A DNA stretch of 64,000 bases. Origin: Thalia democratica (Eukaryota). Positions within the stretch are counted from its first letter, which is position 1. Every line of letters starts with the position of its first letter. Below are positions 40,650 to 52,650 of the stretch, piece by piece. The stretch is from positions 66,960,001-67,024,000 of the forward strand of contig OZ241830.1 of assembly GCA_965202585.1 (NCBI GenBank), written 5' to 3'. Both the position numbers and the translations under genes were made by a program. The notes beneath the pieces are model-generated. The model was not told where the DNA came from. It did no database searches and was given only the letters and a program-made list of their open reading frames with translations.

Positions 40650-41910
40650 TATTTTATAATTTAACTAATAAGTATGTATTCATTTAATGGCATTACAAAT
40701 ATTCAATACAACGTTGAATGTCCATCTAACTGTTGTTTTCTTAAGCCAAAATTCATTAAAAAAATTGATAAAAGTTTTGAACAAAAACATAAATAGGTCA
40801 AATCATGAAGTTTACCTTGAGTTTAATTATCTATTCAAAACCAGGAAAAAATTCAATTATTTAATGTTAAAAATTAGAAAATCTAAAGAAGTAACAGTTA
40901 ATACAAACAAATATATTTCTGTTGACCAAATTTGCCAACTGACCAAGTTTTGTAACTCAAGTATTCCATCTGAGGATAAAAGTACTTTGCCCTTTTTGTT
41001 AAGTATTTTAATGAAACTATTTTAGATATATGTATATAGTCTAGGTGTAAATAGTTCTTCTACTTTGTATATTGATAGAACTATTGATCGTAGTGAATAT
41101 TTTATTACTCCTATTACAAATTTTAATACTAAATTGTATAGGCAAAGTACTAAGAAAAACCCTATTTAAATGGGTTGTTTTTACTACACACATCTACTTT
41201 AAGTAAAAAAGATTTTTTTTAATTTTTTGACCATTTAAAAAATGTTTTGTCATCTTGTTGCTCATGTTAAAGGTGATTCTGATGTTTGGAAAACAAATTC
41301 ATTTTATGTTACTGATCAAGAAAAGGGTATAATATCAGCAATAGATGATGTTGTTCCTAATTGTCAAAGAATTCTATGTTCTAGGCACATTAATGAAAAC
41401 ACAGAGTTGCCACTTACTTTTTCAAAAAAATTTGCAGGTTTTCCAATTTTCTTCCAATTTTCAAAGGTACACATTTTTGGGTCTATTTATAGTAGAGTTA
41501 AGTTAAAGGTAAGAAACTGTGTTGAATAATATAAAAACATTGAAAAGATACTGTGCAGCTACTTTAAACATGTTTTTTAATAAAAAATTTTTTGATGATG
41601 ACAAAAATTTTTATTTGTATGATATATTTTTTAAGTCAAATCGATATTTTACTACTAAACATGTAAAAACTGTTGAAATTTTAGGTTTTTCCAGGTTTTT
41701 TATTTCGCCTAAATTGTCAAGTTTTCAGGTAAAGTGGTAACCCTAAAAACATTATATTAAAACTACAATCAAAAGTTTTAAAAAATATATTTAAAAAGTT
41801 GACGGAATGTAAAACCTATGATAGTTTCCTTGAATTAAGAAACTCAATTGTAACTAATTCTAAGTAGGTAGTAATATTAAAGTTTCTGGTTATGTTTTAA
41901 ATCAAATAGA
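40650..41910 (+). mobile_element. Decayed Mutator-like (MULE) transposase interrupted by a MITE
   Basis: YVTDQEKGIISAIDDVVPNCQRILCSRHINEN is the MULE D...CxxH motif. Removing the MITE plus one TSD restores the frame (RHINENIILKLQSKVLKNIFKKLTEC). Confidence 0.8.
41402..41745. mobile_element. MITE, CAGGGTTGCC-TIR family, 6-bp TSD AAAACA
   Basis: cagagttgccactt...aagtggtaacccta. AAAACA at 41396-41401 and 41746-41751. Confidence 0.88.
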
Positions 41911-42380
41911 TCTACATAAATAAAAATGGTAAGAACCATTAAAAAAAATCAGTCACAGTCTTTTACAACCACTTAGAATAGATCTTTCGTTTATTAAAAA
42001 ACAAACATTTTCAATTCTGTAGAAAACAAAAAAATATACTAGCAACTAGAGAAAATTAAGTACCGTAAATTAAATATTTTTAGCAAAATTTAAAATAAAA
42101 CTAAAAACTACCATATTGTTAAAATACTGAATTTCATACTATTACTTTAAAATTAATAGGACACTTATATTTGAGATTAGTCAGTAAAATTTGATATAAT
42201 TTTTCAATTTGAGAAACTGAAAAAAAGACACTTTGGAAAATTATTTTTGTTTACTGTAACTAAGAAAAACTATTTCTATAAACAACAAACAATTAAAAAA
42301 TTCTCTAGTATTGTACTTGGTAAAAAAATATATTTTTTTTTTTTTTTTTAATGACATTTTCAAATTTTTTATCATTAAAA

Positions 42381-43661
42381 CTATTCCTTAAAAACACTGT
42401 TTAAATTAATTTTTGCCTTAGTTTTTTTAATCCACCATTGTTCTGTGTAGTCTAAATTAGTTCTTATAGGGCTTTCTAAAAACTGGACTGTGTAGGCATT
42501 TTCTATTTTTTCTGGTATATTGTTTTTGTGAAATTTATTATAATGTATAATTAGAGCAAATTGATCTTTTATTTCATGGTTTAGTTCAGTTTTATTGTTT
42601 TTCCATATGTTTCTGTGGGCATTCCACCTCTTAGTAAAGCTATTCATAGTCTGTCCAATGTATAAATTTTTGCATATGTTGCATGTAGCTGCATAAATTC
42701 CATAATTGTTGTTTAATTTTCATATTTTGTATTGTTTTGTTTTTACTTATCATACTTTTATTATAGTTTCCAAAATTTCCACACAAAGCACACTTTCCAC
42801 ATTCAGCTGTTTTGTTGTTTTCTGTTTTTGTAAAATTATTTTTGTTTATTAATATATTTCTCAGTGTTTTTGGTCTCTTATAAGTTAATCTTAATAATTC
42901 TGTACTGTAACATTGTTCATTTTTGCTAAAATTTATAAATTGTTTAAAGCTGGTTGCCCAAGTCACTTTTTCATTTTGTTCTGTTTTTTTTATGTTATTT
43001 GTACTAGGATCTTTATTACATACTTCATCTAATTCATTAAAGGTATTATTTATTAATTTTTTACTGAAACTTGATCTACTGCATTTAATTTTTAAGTTAA
43101 TTAGCGCCTTTTCATAATCTTCTGTTTTTTCATTTAATTTTTTAAGTCTATTAGCTTCTGATAAAATTATTCCTCTAAAAACATGTGTTGGATGGTAAGA
43201 ATTGCCATTTAAAAATTTTGCTAATTTTGCTGTGGGTTTGGTGTGGTTTACTGTTTTAAATCCGTTTATTTCTGAGCTATTTATAATATGTAAAATATCT
43301 AAAAATTCCAGTTGTTTTCCTTCTTCTGTATTTGAGATTTTTTTAAATTGTAAATTTAGATCATGAGATTGAAATTTTTTGGTGAGTTCATCTTGAATAA
43401 AAATAGCTTTATCTGCTGGGCACAAAAAAATAATGTCGTCTATATATCTTTTATAAATAAAACACAATTTTAAAAAGTTTAAATTTTTAGTTATAAAGTG
43501 GAGGGCAATATTTGCCAGTGAGACGCTGAAATTTTCTCCTGTAGGTATCCCTTGGTTATTCTTGTATAGACTATTTTTAAAACTAACATAATTGTTTTCT
43601 AAGCAGAACATTATTGTTTCTACTATTTGTTTATTTTGTTTACAGTTATAATGAGTACAAA
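42381..43661 (-). mobile_element. 5'-truncated Penelope-like retroelement ORF (RT plus GIY-YIG), left copy, frameshifted
   Basis: QGIPTGENFSVSLANI, YKRYIDDII, LEFLDI, HPTHVFRG, CGKCALC. A 14-bp deletion breaks the GIY-YIG domain. Confidence 0.93.
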
Positions 43662-44900
43662 CTGCTTAGAAAACAATTATGTTAGTTTTAAAAATAGTCT
43701 ATACAAGAATAACCAAGGGATACCTACAGGAGAAAATTTCAGCGTCTCACTGGCAAATATTGCCCTCCACTTTATAACTAAAAATTTAAACTTTTTAAAA
43801 TTGTGGTTTATTTGTAAAAGATATATAGACGACATTATTTTTTTGTGCCCAGCAGATAAAGCTATTTTTATTCAAGATGAACTCACCAAAAAATTTCAAT
43901 CTCATGATCTAAATTTACAATTTAAAAAAATCTCAAATACAGAAGAAGGAAAACAACTGGAATTTTTAGATATTTTACATATTATAAATAGCTCAGAAAT
44001 AAACGGATTTAAAACAGTAAACCACACCAAACCCACAGCAAAATTAGCAAAATTTTTAAATGGCAATTCTTACCATCCAACACATGTTTTTAGAGGAATA
44101 ATTTTATCAGAAGCTAATAGACTTAAAAAATTAAATGAAAAAACAGAAGATTATGAAAAGGCGCTAATTAACTTAAAAATTAAATGCAGTAGATCAAGTT
44201 TCAGTAAAAAATTAATAAATAATACCTTTAATGAATTAGATGAAGTATGTAATAAAGATCCTAGTACAAATAACATAAAAAAAACAGAACAAAATGAAAA
44301 AGTGACTTGGGCAACCAGCTTTAAACAATTTATAAATTTTAGCAAAAATGAACAATGTTACAGTACAGAATTATTAAGATTAACTTATAAGAGACCAAAA
44401 ACACTGAGAAATATATTAATAAACAAAAATAATTTTACAAAAACAGAAAACAACAAAACAGCTGAATGTGGAAAGTGTGCTTTGTGTGGAAATTTTGGAA
44501 ACTATAATAAAAGTATGATAAGTAAAAACAAAACAATACAAAATATGAAAATTAAACAACAATTAAATTGCAAAAATTATGGAATTTATGCAGCTACATG
44601 CAACATATGCAAAAATTTATACATTGGACAGACTATGAATAGCTTTACTAAGAGGCGGAATGCCCACAGAAACATATGGAAAAACAATAAAACTGAACTA
44701 AACCATGAAATAAAAGATCAATTTGCTCTAATTATACATTATAATAAATTTCACAAAAACAATATACCAGAAAAAATAGAAAATGCCTACACAGTCCAGT
44801 TTTTAGAAAGCCCTATAAGAACTAATTTAGACTACACAGAACAATGGTGAATTAAAAAAACTAAGGCAAAAATTAATTTAAACAGTGTTTTTAAGGAATA
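43662..44900 (+). mobile_element. 5'-truncated Penelope-like retroelement ORF (RT plus GIY-YIG), right copy
   Basis: Same RT motifs plus CKNYGIYAATCNICKNLYIGQT...R..AH (GIY-YIG with Cys/His motif). Premature TGA at 44848-44850 where the left copy has TGG. Confidence 0.93.
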
Positions 44901-45749
44901 GTTTTAATGATAAAAAATTTGAAAATGTCATTAAAAAAAAAAAAAATATATATTTTTTTACCAAGTACAATACTAGAGAATTTTTTAATTGTTTGTTGTT
45001 TATAGAAATAGTTTTTCTTAGTTACAGTAAACAAAAATAATTTTCCAAAGTGTCTTTTTTTCAGTTTCTCAAATTGAAAAATTATATCAAATTTTACTGA
45101 CTAATCTCAAATATAAGTGTCCTATTAATTTTAAAGTAATAGTATGAAATTCAGTATTTTAACAATATGGTAGTTTTTAGTTTTATTTTAAATTTTGCTA
45201 AAAATATTTAATTTACGGTACTTAATTTTCTCTAGTTGCTAGTATATTTTTTTGTTTTCTACAGAATTGAAAATGTTTGTTTTTTAATAAACGAAAGATC
45301 TATTCTAAGTGGTTGTAAAAGACTGTGACTGATTTTTTTTAATGGTTCTTACCATTTTTATTTATGTTTATCTAAAATTCAATCCTGTCCGGTCTTTAAA
45401 ATCAAAAGAGGAAGACTACCTTCATCCCATTTTAATTTCAAATAGATCTAATATTAAAATTTAAATTAATGGTTTTTGATTGTAGTTTTTTCATTGAAGA
45501 AGACGGTATAACCTTTTGTCTGTATAAAACTAGTCCAAATGCTAAAACCGTCAAGTTTTAATGGGAATAAGACGATTTTGTTTGCTAAACCAAAGAAATA
45601 TACCTAACCTTATATACAGGAGGGGATATTGGTTCCATTTTAAAGAGATACACGTAACAAACTTATAGTTTATTACATACTGTTGACGCCGTTTCGACTT
45701 TTTATCAGTCATTTTTAGATAAAAAAACTGAGCAAAATAACTTCTACTG

Positions 45750-45960
45750 ATACAATTTATAAACAAGAAATCAAAAACCTATAAGAAAAGTTCTTAAAAA
45801 ATGGTTATCCAAACGAATTTGTTGATGACGGAATTGAAAGATCTATATAACAATAAAGAGTGGACTAATGAGAAATATCAAAAAAAGTTCAAACTTCAAA
45901 AACATCCTTAAAGTACCTTACATTGGAAAACCAAGTATTGAATATAAAAAAAGAAACTAG
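45750..45960 (+). mobile_element. Short Penelope-like RT thumb fragment from a different family
   Basis: YKQEIKNL*EKFLKNGYPNEFVD. Confidence 0.55.
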
Positions 45961-46358
45961 AAAAACTATTGAACAATTATACTGAAGACAATATTGAAGA
46001 AATCAGAGCCATGTAACATTACAGTCGGTAAAACATTACCAAAATAAAGCTTGCTTAAATTAATTTTGTAATTATAAGTATAAACGATCACTTGAATTGT
46101 TTTAATATTATAAGTAAAACGGTGAACTGTACATTTTAAGTAGGACAAAATAGTTTTCAACTTAGAAGTAGCTTCAAATATCTTAATAGCTATGTATAGC
46201 TCAATTAAATAATGCCTGAAAGATCAGTGATTTTTTCTTGCCAGATGGAAAACTTAAACACGTTTTAGAATGCAAATATGAACACTCTTAAAAAGTCTGA
46301 GTTGTAAAATTAAATACAGTTGTTTTAATTTGTTTAAAAATATTTACACTATTTGCAG

Positions 46359-46544
46359 AAACATGCAATCTTGACCCACTACTGCGTACTATGTGACAAA
46401 ATAGGTTTTGAGAAAAAAAAGGAGGAACTAGAGATTGTAACGTACCAACTTTCACGTACGTACTTTTGCAACCACATGAGTGTCAGCATTACAGCTCCCG
46501 TTTACTCCGCCAAGCTGCTGGCACTCAGATCCAGGCAGTATTAA
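46359..46544 (+). pseudogene. Orphan Argonaute (AGO-clade) PIWI-domain C-terminal exon
   Basis: tttgcag| acceptor followed by THYCVLCDKIGF...ELEIVTYQLSRTYFCNHMSVSITAPVYSAKLLALRSRQY*. This is colinear with the AGO consensus SHYHVLWDDNRF...[33 protein letters not shown]. Confidence 0.78.
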
Positions 46545-47449
46545 AACGGGGAAAACCTAAATCAAATAGGTTTTGCTTGAAATAAGTTTCTATAAACTTG
46601 TGATCATAACTAGAGGAAAAGCAAATAGAGGTAAGTCAGTAGTTCGGCAAGATATAGCAGTTAATTTAGTTTTGCATTGGGTGTTTTGTTATGTATACAC
46701 AAAGTCGTTAAATGCGGTTAAGGCAAAACTTGAATTTATTTGTGAGTCTTCAAAACATTCACAATATTTTTTTACACGAAGGGAGGTGAAATATATTATA
46801 TTAAACCATATGTGTTTTGAGAATTAATCTCTTTTCAACATCTTAGTTAAAAGAAAACAATTTGAAATACTTAAAATCTGTGGTGTGTAAAGTGGTAAAT
46901 GAAGATTTTAAATTTCATGAAAAGATGGCATTTTAGAAAAATAGGATGTTGCTCATCATTTGTTCATAGAAAATGAAAAACATTAAATGAAAAAAAAAGG
47001 TTTAACTTCACAGATCCAGATAACAGAAGACTGATGAATGGTGATTGCAAATACTTCAAGTTCCAATTGAACTCACTAGTAAAGCTGAGATATAAAAAGA
47101 AAAAGATAGAGTAGATTTTATCCAATTGAAAAGTTTAGATCAAAATGAACAGCTTCAAAAAAGTACACTTTTGCTGTAACTGATAGACAGCTTATTAATG
47201 GTATGCCTTTGAAGTATAGAAATATACGGCTTGGAAAACAAAAAGTCCCCCCAGAAACCTACTAAGTTGTTCAAAAGCTTAAATCAATGCTTCACACATC
47301 TTAAGCTAAAAGATCAATTGCTGAAATTGCAAACACTGATTTTAGAAGAAATAAACTTGTTCTTGGTAAATTTACAAACCTGACAACCATATTATACGAA
47401 CACTTTGCCAGCATCTTCTAAAAGTGACATACTAGATCCATACGCAGAA

Positions 47450-48350
47450 GCGATAGTTCTTTGCTCAAAATTTCCCGGGCCAAGAAGAGGTTCTTCCTTA
47501 ACTATATTGTTTGCTTACCGGTTTCTGTGTGTGAGAAATGTCTTATAGAAAACCTGATAACGGTTAGTAATAACTGTCTCCGCCAAATCTTGTACCATAA
47601 CAATGCAAGAAGAAGAATGTTTCTTAACTTAAAAGTTCTTGGTGGTTTTGATACCGCAGAGTACCAGACAGAAATACATTCTTACTTTAACACCTTTGGC
47701 ATTAGACGTGAAAGGACTTCTGAGGTGGATAGACAACTCTGTTAGCCACATGCTGACTAGGAAATTGAGGAGCGTCGGTTGGCGGTACTCCAAAGCACAT
47801 GGGAATAGGGATTGGCAAGACCCAAGATACACAGAGGATCAAAACCAAATAGTCTGCACTGGCGCACATTATGGGTGAACAAATCTAAAAGAGACATTTG
47901 TCTGATCATGAGTTGGATCGTTTGTCAAGCTATTCAGGGGTATGATTTTTTTTTATTTATCAGGTTAAGCTATCTTGAGCAAGCAATAGATTACCTGTTG
48001 TAAGTTCTGGACTAGTATTGGGTTACAAGGGAGGGAAAAGAATTTAATGTTTGCTAACATCTTGTCCGATGATTGAATTTTAGATTGTGCACTGATCAGA
48101 GTAAATTTGACCAGTAACAAGCCTATGATTGGATAGTAAACGCGGTGAAGAGTATAGTTAAACGGCTTTCCTCGAATAATCATCTGGACTTACCTCTGGT
48201 TGGTCAGAAAGAGATCAAATCTCTGTCAGAAGTTTAAATCTATGATAGGAAAACCGAGTTCAAGTGGAAACATGGTATTCTTAGTGGTTATCGTTAGACT
48301 GCTCTCCTGGATATGAGGTTTACAAAGGTGATGATGCTTTTTTTGTATAC
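47450..48350 (+). other. Endogenous viral element: decayed RdRp of a toti-like dsRNA virus
   Basis: Ordered motifs: F-like YD..LFIRLSYLEQ (47941), A CTDQSKFDQ (about 48088-48114), B WKHGILSGYR*TALLD (48265-48312), C YKGDDA (48321-48338). Multiple stops and frameshifts, intronless, more GC-rich than flanks. Confidence 0.85.
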
Positions 48351-48760
48351 AACAAAATTTTTGTGTACAACTAAGACCTTTGACATATAGGAAAAGTTTT
48401 AAATTTTTAGTGAATTGGAATCTGTTTGCTACAATTAAAATTTGAGAATTTATTACCTTAAAGAAAAGATCACACGGAAAACATTTTATTTTTATTCAGA
48501 ATTATAGTTAGTTTATAAGGTGAATATATATAAACAAAAGTAAAAATTCTAGAAATCGTATATGATGAGATGACAAGTTATAAAAGATGAAAAACCAAAA
48601 TGTAAGGACTTTTAAATAAAGCACCACCTGTAGACAAGTGGCACTGTAACTGGGTAACTGTAACTTTCAATTACTGTTAGTGCTAATATAGTAAATAAAT
48701 AATAATAATTGCCTTCTCAGGATTTTAAGATATTCTACAAACTAAAAACTCTAACATGAT

Positions 48761-48950
48761 CAGGGTTGCCACTCATTTTTTCAAGATTTTTTCCAGGTTT
48801 TTCAAATATCCAGGTTTTTATAAATACACATTTTGGGTCTATTTTTAGTTTTAAGTCAAGTTTAAGGTTATAAACTGTGTTAAATAGTATAAAAACATTA
48901 AAAAGATACTGTAAATTTATTTTTTAATAAGAAAAATTTTTGAAAATACA
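48761..48950. mobile_element. Truncated MITE, CAGGGTTGCC-TIR family
   Basis: Left TIR cagggttgccact and an interior matching the 53279 copy. No right TIR. Confidence 0.75.
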
Positions 48951-49528
48951 AATTAAAAACTCCAATATGATAAATAAATTTAACTGTGCTGGTACCTAAT
49001 TAAATGGGTATTTGGAAAAGTAAGACAGTAACCATAAAATGCTTTTTACAATTTTAAAGAAACAAAGCTTATTGCTGACTATGTTTCTAAAATGAATTTT
49101 ACTGTAAAACAACATTTTGTAAATAGTGGATTAACCAGTTATCAAAGCTTCACTTTTAAAGAGCATCACCAATGTTTGAAATGTTGAATCAAAATTTCCC
49201 AAAATAACAAGCAATCGTAACAAACTTGCCATTAAACTAATAATAAGTCAAAATAATACTTTCTGATTAAAAGTTTGGCAGCAGAAACCCTCTGGCTTTC
49301 TTCAATTCATAAAATTCTGTTTGATTGAAGTTGAACTCCAAACTCAACTTCTGTGTGTGTGTGTGTTGACCTCACCTGTAAGAAAAAAATATTACAATAT
49401 ATTATTTAATGGTTGTTACTTTTCAGTTGTACAATGTTTAGTAACATGTATATAATATGGCAGTTCATGCCCATAACTTTGTATTGAAAAAAAATTAAAT
49501 GTTTATGTTTACTGTATTGTCATATTAA

Positions 49529-50207
49529 GGGCATAGGGGGGTAAACACCCTTTTTTTGTTTTTGATCTTATTCTATATAGTTTTTACTAAGCTACAAGAT
49601 GCTTTTTACAGATTTTAAAAATTTAAAATAATTTTTGAGATATAGTCGGTCAAAGTTGGAGGCAACAATAGGATCCTTATGGGAGGAGCAAACTAAAACG
49701 GCAAATAACTAAAAATCACTAAAAATCTATCTTCTCCTACGTTTTTTGAGATAACTACCTCAAATTTTTTTGGAAATGTTCCTTGCAATATTAAAAAATT
49801 CTGTTGGAACAGAATTTAAAAAAATTAAAAAATAAAAATTTTACAACAACAAAAAATAAAAAAAAAGTTTTTTTTGTTTGTTTTTTATATAAAATTTTTA
49901 TTTAAAACTTTTTTTAATTTCTTCTGACAGAATTTTCTAAATATATCAAGAAACATTTCCTGAAAATTTGAGGTAGTTATCTCAAAAACGCAGAGAAGAT
50001 AGATTTTTAGTGAAATAGTCTATTTTTGCCATTTTAGTTTGCGCCTCCCATAAGGAACCTATTGTTGGCTCCAACTTTGACCGGCTATATCTCAAAAATT
50101 GTTTTGAATTTTTTGAATCTGTAAAAAGCATTTCATAGCTTGGTAAAAACTATATAAAATAAGATCAAAAACCAAAAAAGGGTGTTTACCCCCCCCCCCC
50201 TATGTCC
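49529..50207. mobile_element. Second copy of the Kolobok-like fold-back MITE
   Basis: TTAA|gggcataggggg...cccctatgtcc|TTTA. Alignable end to end with 35153-35834. Confidence 0.88.
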
Positions 50208-50829
50208 TTTATGTTTACTTTTTTTGCAAAATGCATTTCAAATATGTAATTAATAATGCTTCAATAAATAAAACGACCCATTTTTAGGGTTTAATTCTTT
50301 TAAATATATGACTTATAGAATTATATAAAAGTGTAAAAAACTAATTAAATTATACATTATTCTGCATTTGAGTGAAGACAAGTAAGTTCACATATTGCCT
50401 TTTACAAGCATAGATATGAATTATCAGTATACGTATTGTATTGACATATTTAATATTTCAATTAAGCAGAAACTGTCAGCTTAAAATAGTTGGTAGGTGA
50501 CAAACATACATGTAGGAACATTTTTATAGTTGGTTTATATTTGATTTTTTCTAAATGACTATCACTGTTACCAATAACTCTTCCCCTTGATCAGTTACTT
50601 TTTTCTTGTTATTAATTTTATGATTTTAAATATCACTGTTACCCCTAACCCATGCCTTTGGCTGGTTACTTTTTTCTTATTAATTTTTATCTATTTTTAT
50701 TTTTTATGCCTAATAATTAGAAAATCTGTTGAAACAAAATTAATAATTAAAAAATAAAAATAAAAAATGTTTATGATTTTTTTTGTTCATTGTTTTTATA
50801 TAATTTTAATTTTTCAATTTTATTTTTAC

Positions 50830-51112
50830 TTTTGCTCTGAAAATTTTTTTTTAAATATTGCAAGACACATTTCCTGAAAGTTTGAATTATCTAAAAAAAC
50901 TTAGGATGAGATTGATTTTTTGTGAAATAGTCTTTTTTTACCTTTTTAGTTCGCACCTCCCATAAGGAACCTATTGTGGTCTCCAGCTTTGACCTGCTTT
51001 ATTTCAAAAACTATTTTCAATTTTTTAAATCTGTAAAAAGCAACTTGTAGCTTAGTTAAAACTCAACAAAATAAGATCAAATTGTGAAAGAAGTTATTTA
51101 CCTCCTATGCCC
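50830..51112. mobile_element. Solo right arm of the Kolobok-like MITE (diverged)
   Basis: cctcccataaggaacctattg...ctcctatgccc. No left arm. Confidence 0.7.
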
Positions 51113-51939
51113 CTAACTTCTACATTATCTAAAATAGAAGTATAAATCCTATGTTTACTTACCATATCTGATTAACCAAATATTTTGGAAAAACTTTTGC
51201 CTGCAATGTATTTTATAGCTATGAAATTAGTTTTGCAAAGCAACTAAACTTCATTTTTTTTACAGTATTTTAAAAATAAGTTTATAAATTGTTTTTCAGT
51301 GCACCGCAGTGCTATTAAAGGCATAAAATGTAAGACTTTTTATTCTTATTTAAAAGCTCTAAGTATTAACTACAAGTCAATTTTTGTTGAGTACAAAATT
51401 TTAATAAATTTTTCAGTTCAAGTATTTTTTAAAGTATCTGATACAAACTTTTAAGCTGCAACTTTGCCTTTATCAACTCTATCAAAAATTTAAACAATCA
51501 CATTAATTTTCATTATTTTGGATCAATTGACCTCAATTTTCTGGAAACATTCCTTAAACAGTTTAAACAATATGAATATTTGAATATAAATAGATTGAAA
51601 AATAAAAATTTAGATAAAAAATAAGGCAAAACAGGTAATACTTCTATTAACTTTTCAAAATTAAACTATAAAAAAATTTCTACATTCAATAGATTAAAAA
51701 AAAAATAGCAAAAGACTTTCTGTAGAAACTGAAAAATATTATTATTTATTTTATTAATAATATTATATATTGAGAAAGAGATTGATTTGAAGCAAAATAG
51801 TTCATTTTTAACTTTTTAGTTTGCACCTTCCAAAAAGAACCTATTGAACTCAACAATCATGAACTTTATATCTCAAAAATTGCTCTGAATTTAGCTAAGC
51901 AAAGTATTTGAGAGCTTATATAAAAACATATTAATATAA

Positions 51940-52650
51940 TTAAGGCCATAGAGCAGGGTTTCTTTTTTTTTCAAACTCCCCCCTTTAAAGAAATTAAAAA
52001 GGCTATTGCCCCCTCCAACAAGAATACTAAAAAAACTTCCATTTAAAACACCTAAGACCTTTATTTTTGCTCTTCATCTGCAACTGAAGAATATCTAGTA
52101 TAGGTTTCAAAATTTAAATATTGCTCCCCCCCCCAATTTGCCCCTTAACTAATAATTGCCCCCAAGTTACTAAAATCTCTTCCACTTTGGGAAACCCTGC
52201 CATAAAGGGATCCACCTTGATTTTTAAAAATTGATCTTATTTTTTGAGTTTTATCTGAGTTATCAGACATTTTTAACCAATTAAAAAACCTGAAAATAAT
52301 TTTTGAGATATAAACAACAAAAGTTAAAGACCTTGATAGGTTTTTAATGGAAGGAGCAACCCTAAAAACTCTAAAAAGGATTTCATTAAAAATTTATCTC
52401 CTTCATTTTCTACCAATATCTTCAAAATTTTACAGAAAGTTCAATTACAAATATTTAAATCTAATAAATGAAGTATATTTTTCATTTCAAAATATATAAT
52501 TTATATAAAAAACACTTTTTTTGCTTTTTGATTCTATTTTATTTTCTTAAATTCCAATATTTAAAGTCAATATTGAACTGTTAAAGTAAAATTTTCTAAA
52601 AGTTAAAGATCTCAAAATATTAAGAAGATAAATTTTTAGTGATTTTTTTT
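51940..52650. mobile_element. Older diverged relative of the Kolobok-like MITE, hosting a nested hAT MITE
   Basis: ttaaggcc(atag)...gatcttatt...aataatttttgagatata...ggaaggagcaacc resembles the left arm of the 35153 element. Confidence 0.5.
51954..52199. mobile_element. 246-bp hAT-type MITE
   Basis: TIR cagggtttc...gaaaccctg. 8-bp flanks ccatagag/ccataaag (7/8). Confidence 0.8.

Larger units (their letters stand above)
41914..45367. repeat. Giant near-perfect inverted repeat (arms 1693 and 1706 bp, 55-bp spacer)
   Basis: 41914-43606 is the reverse complement of 43662-45367, apart from a 14-bp deletion in the left arm, a poly-A/TA length difference and a few substitutions. Confidence 0.95.

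Noticed and set aside
45680-45720. Hammerhead-like string on the minus strand (ctgataa aaagtc gaaa cggcgtc)
   Set aside because: The core is mutated (CTGATAA), and stems I and II do not pair. At best a dead PLE relic.
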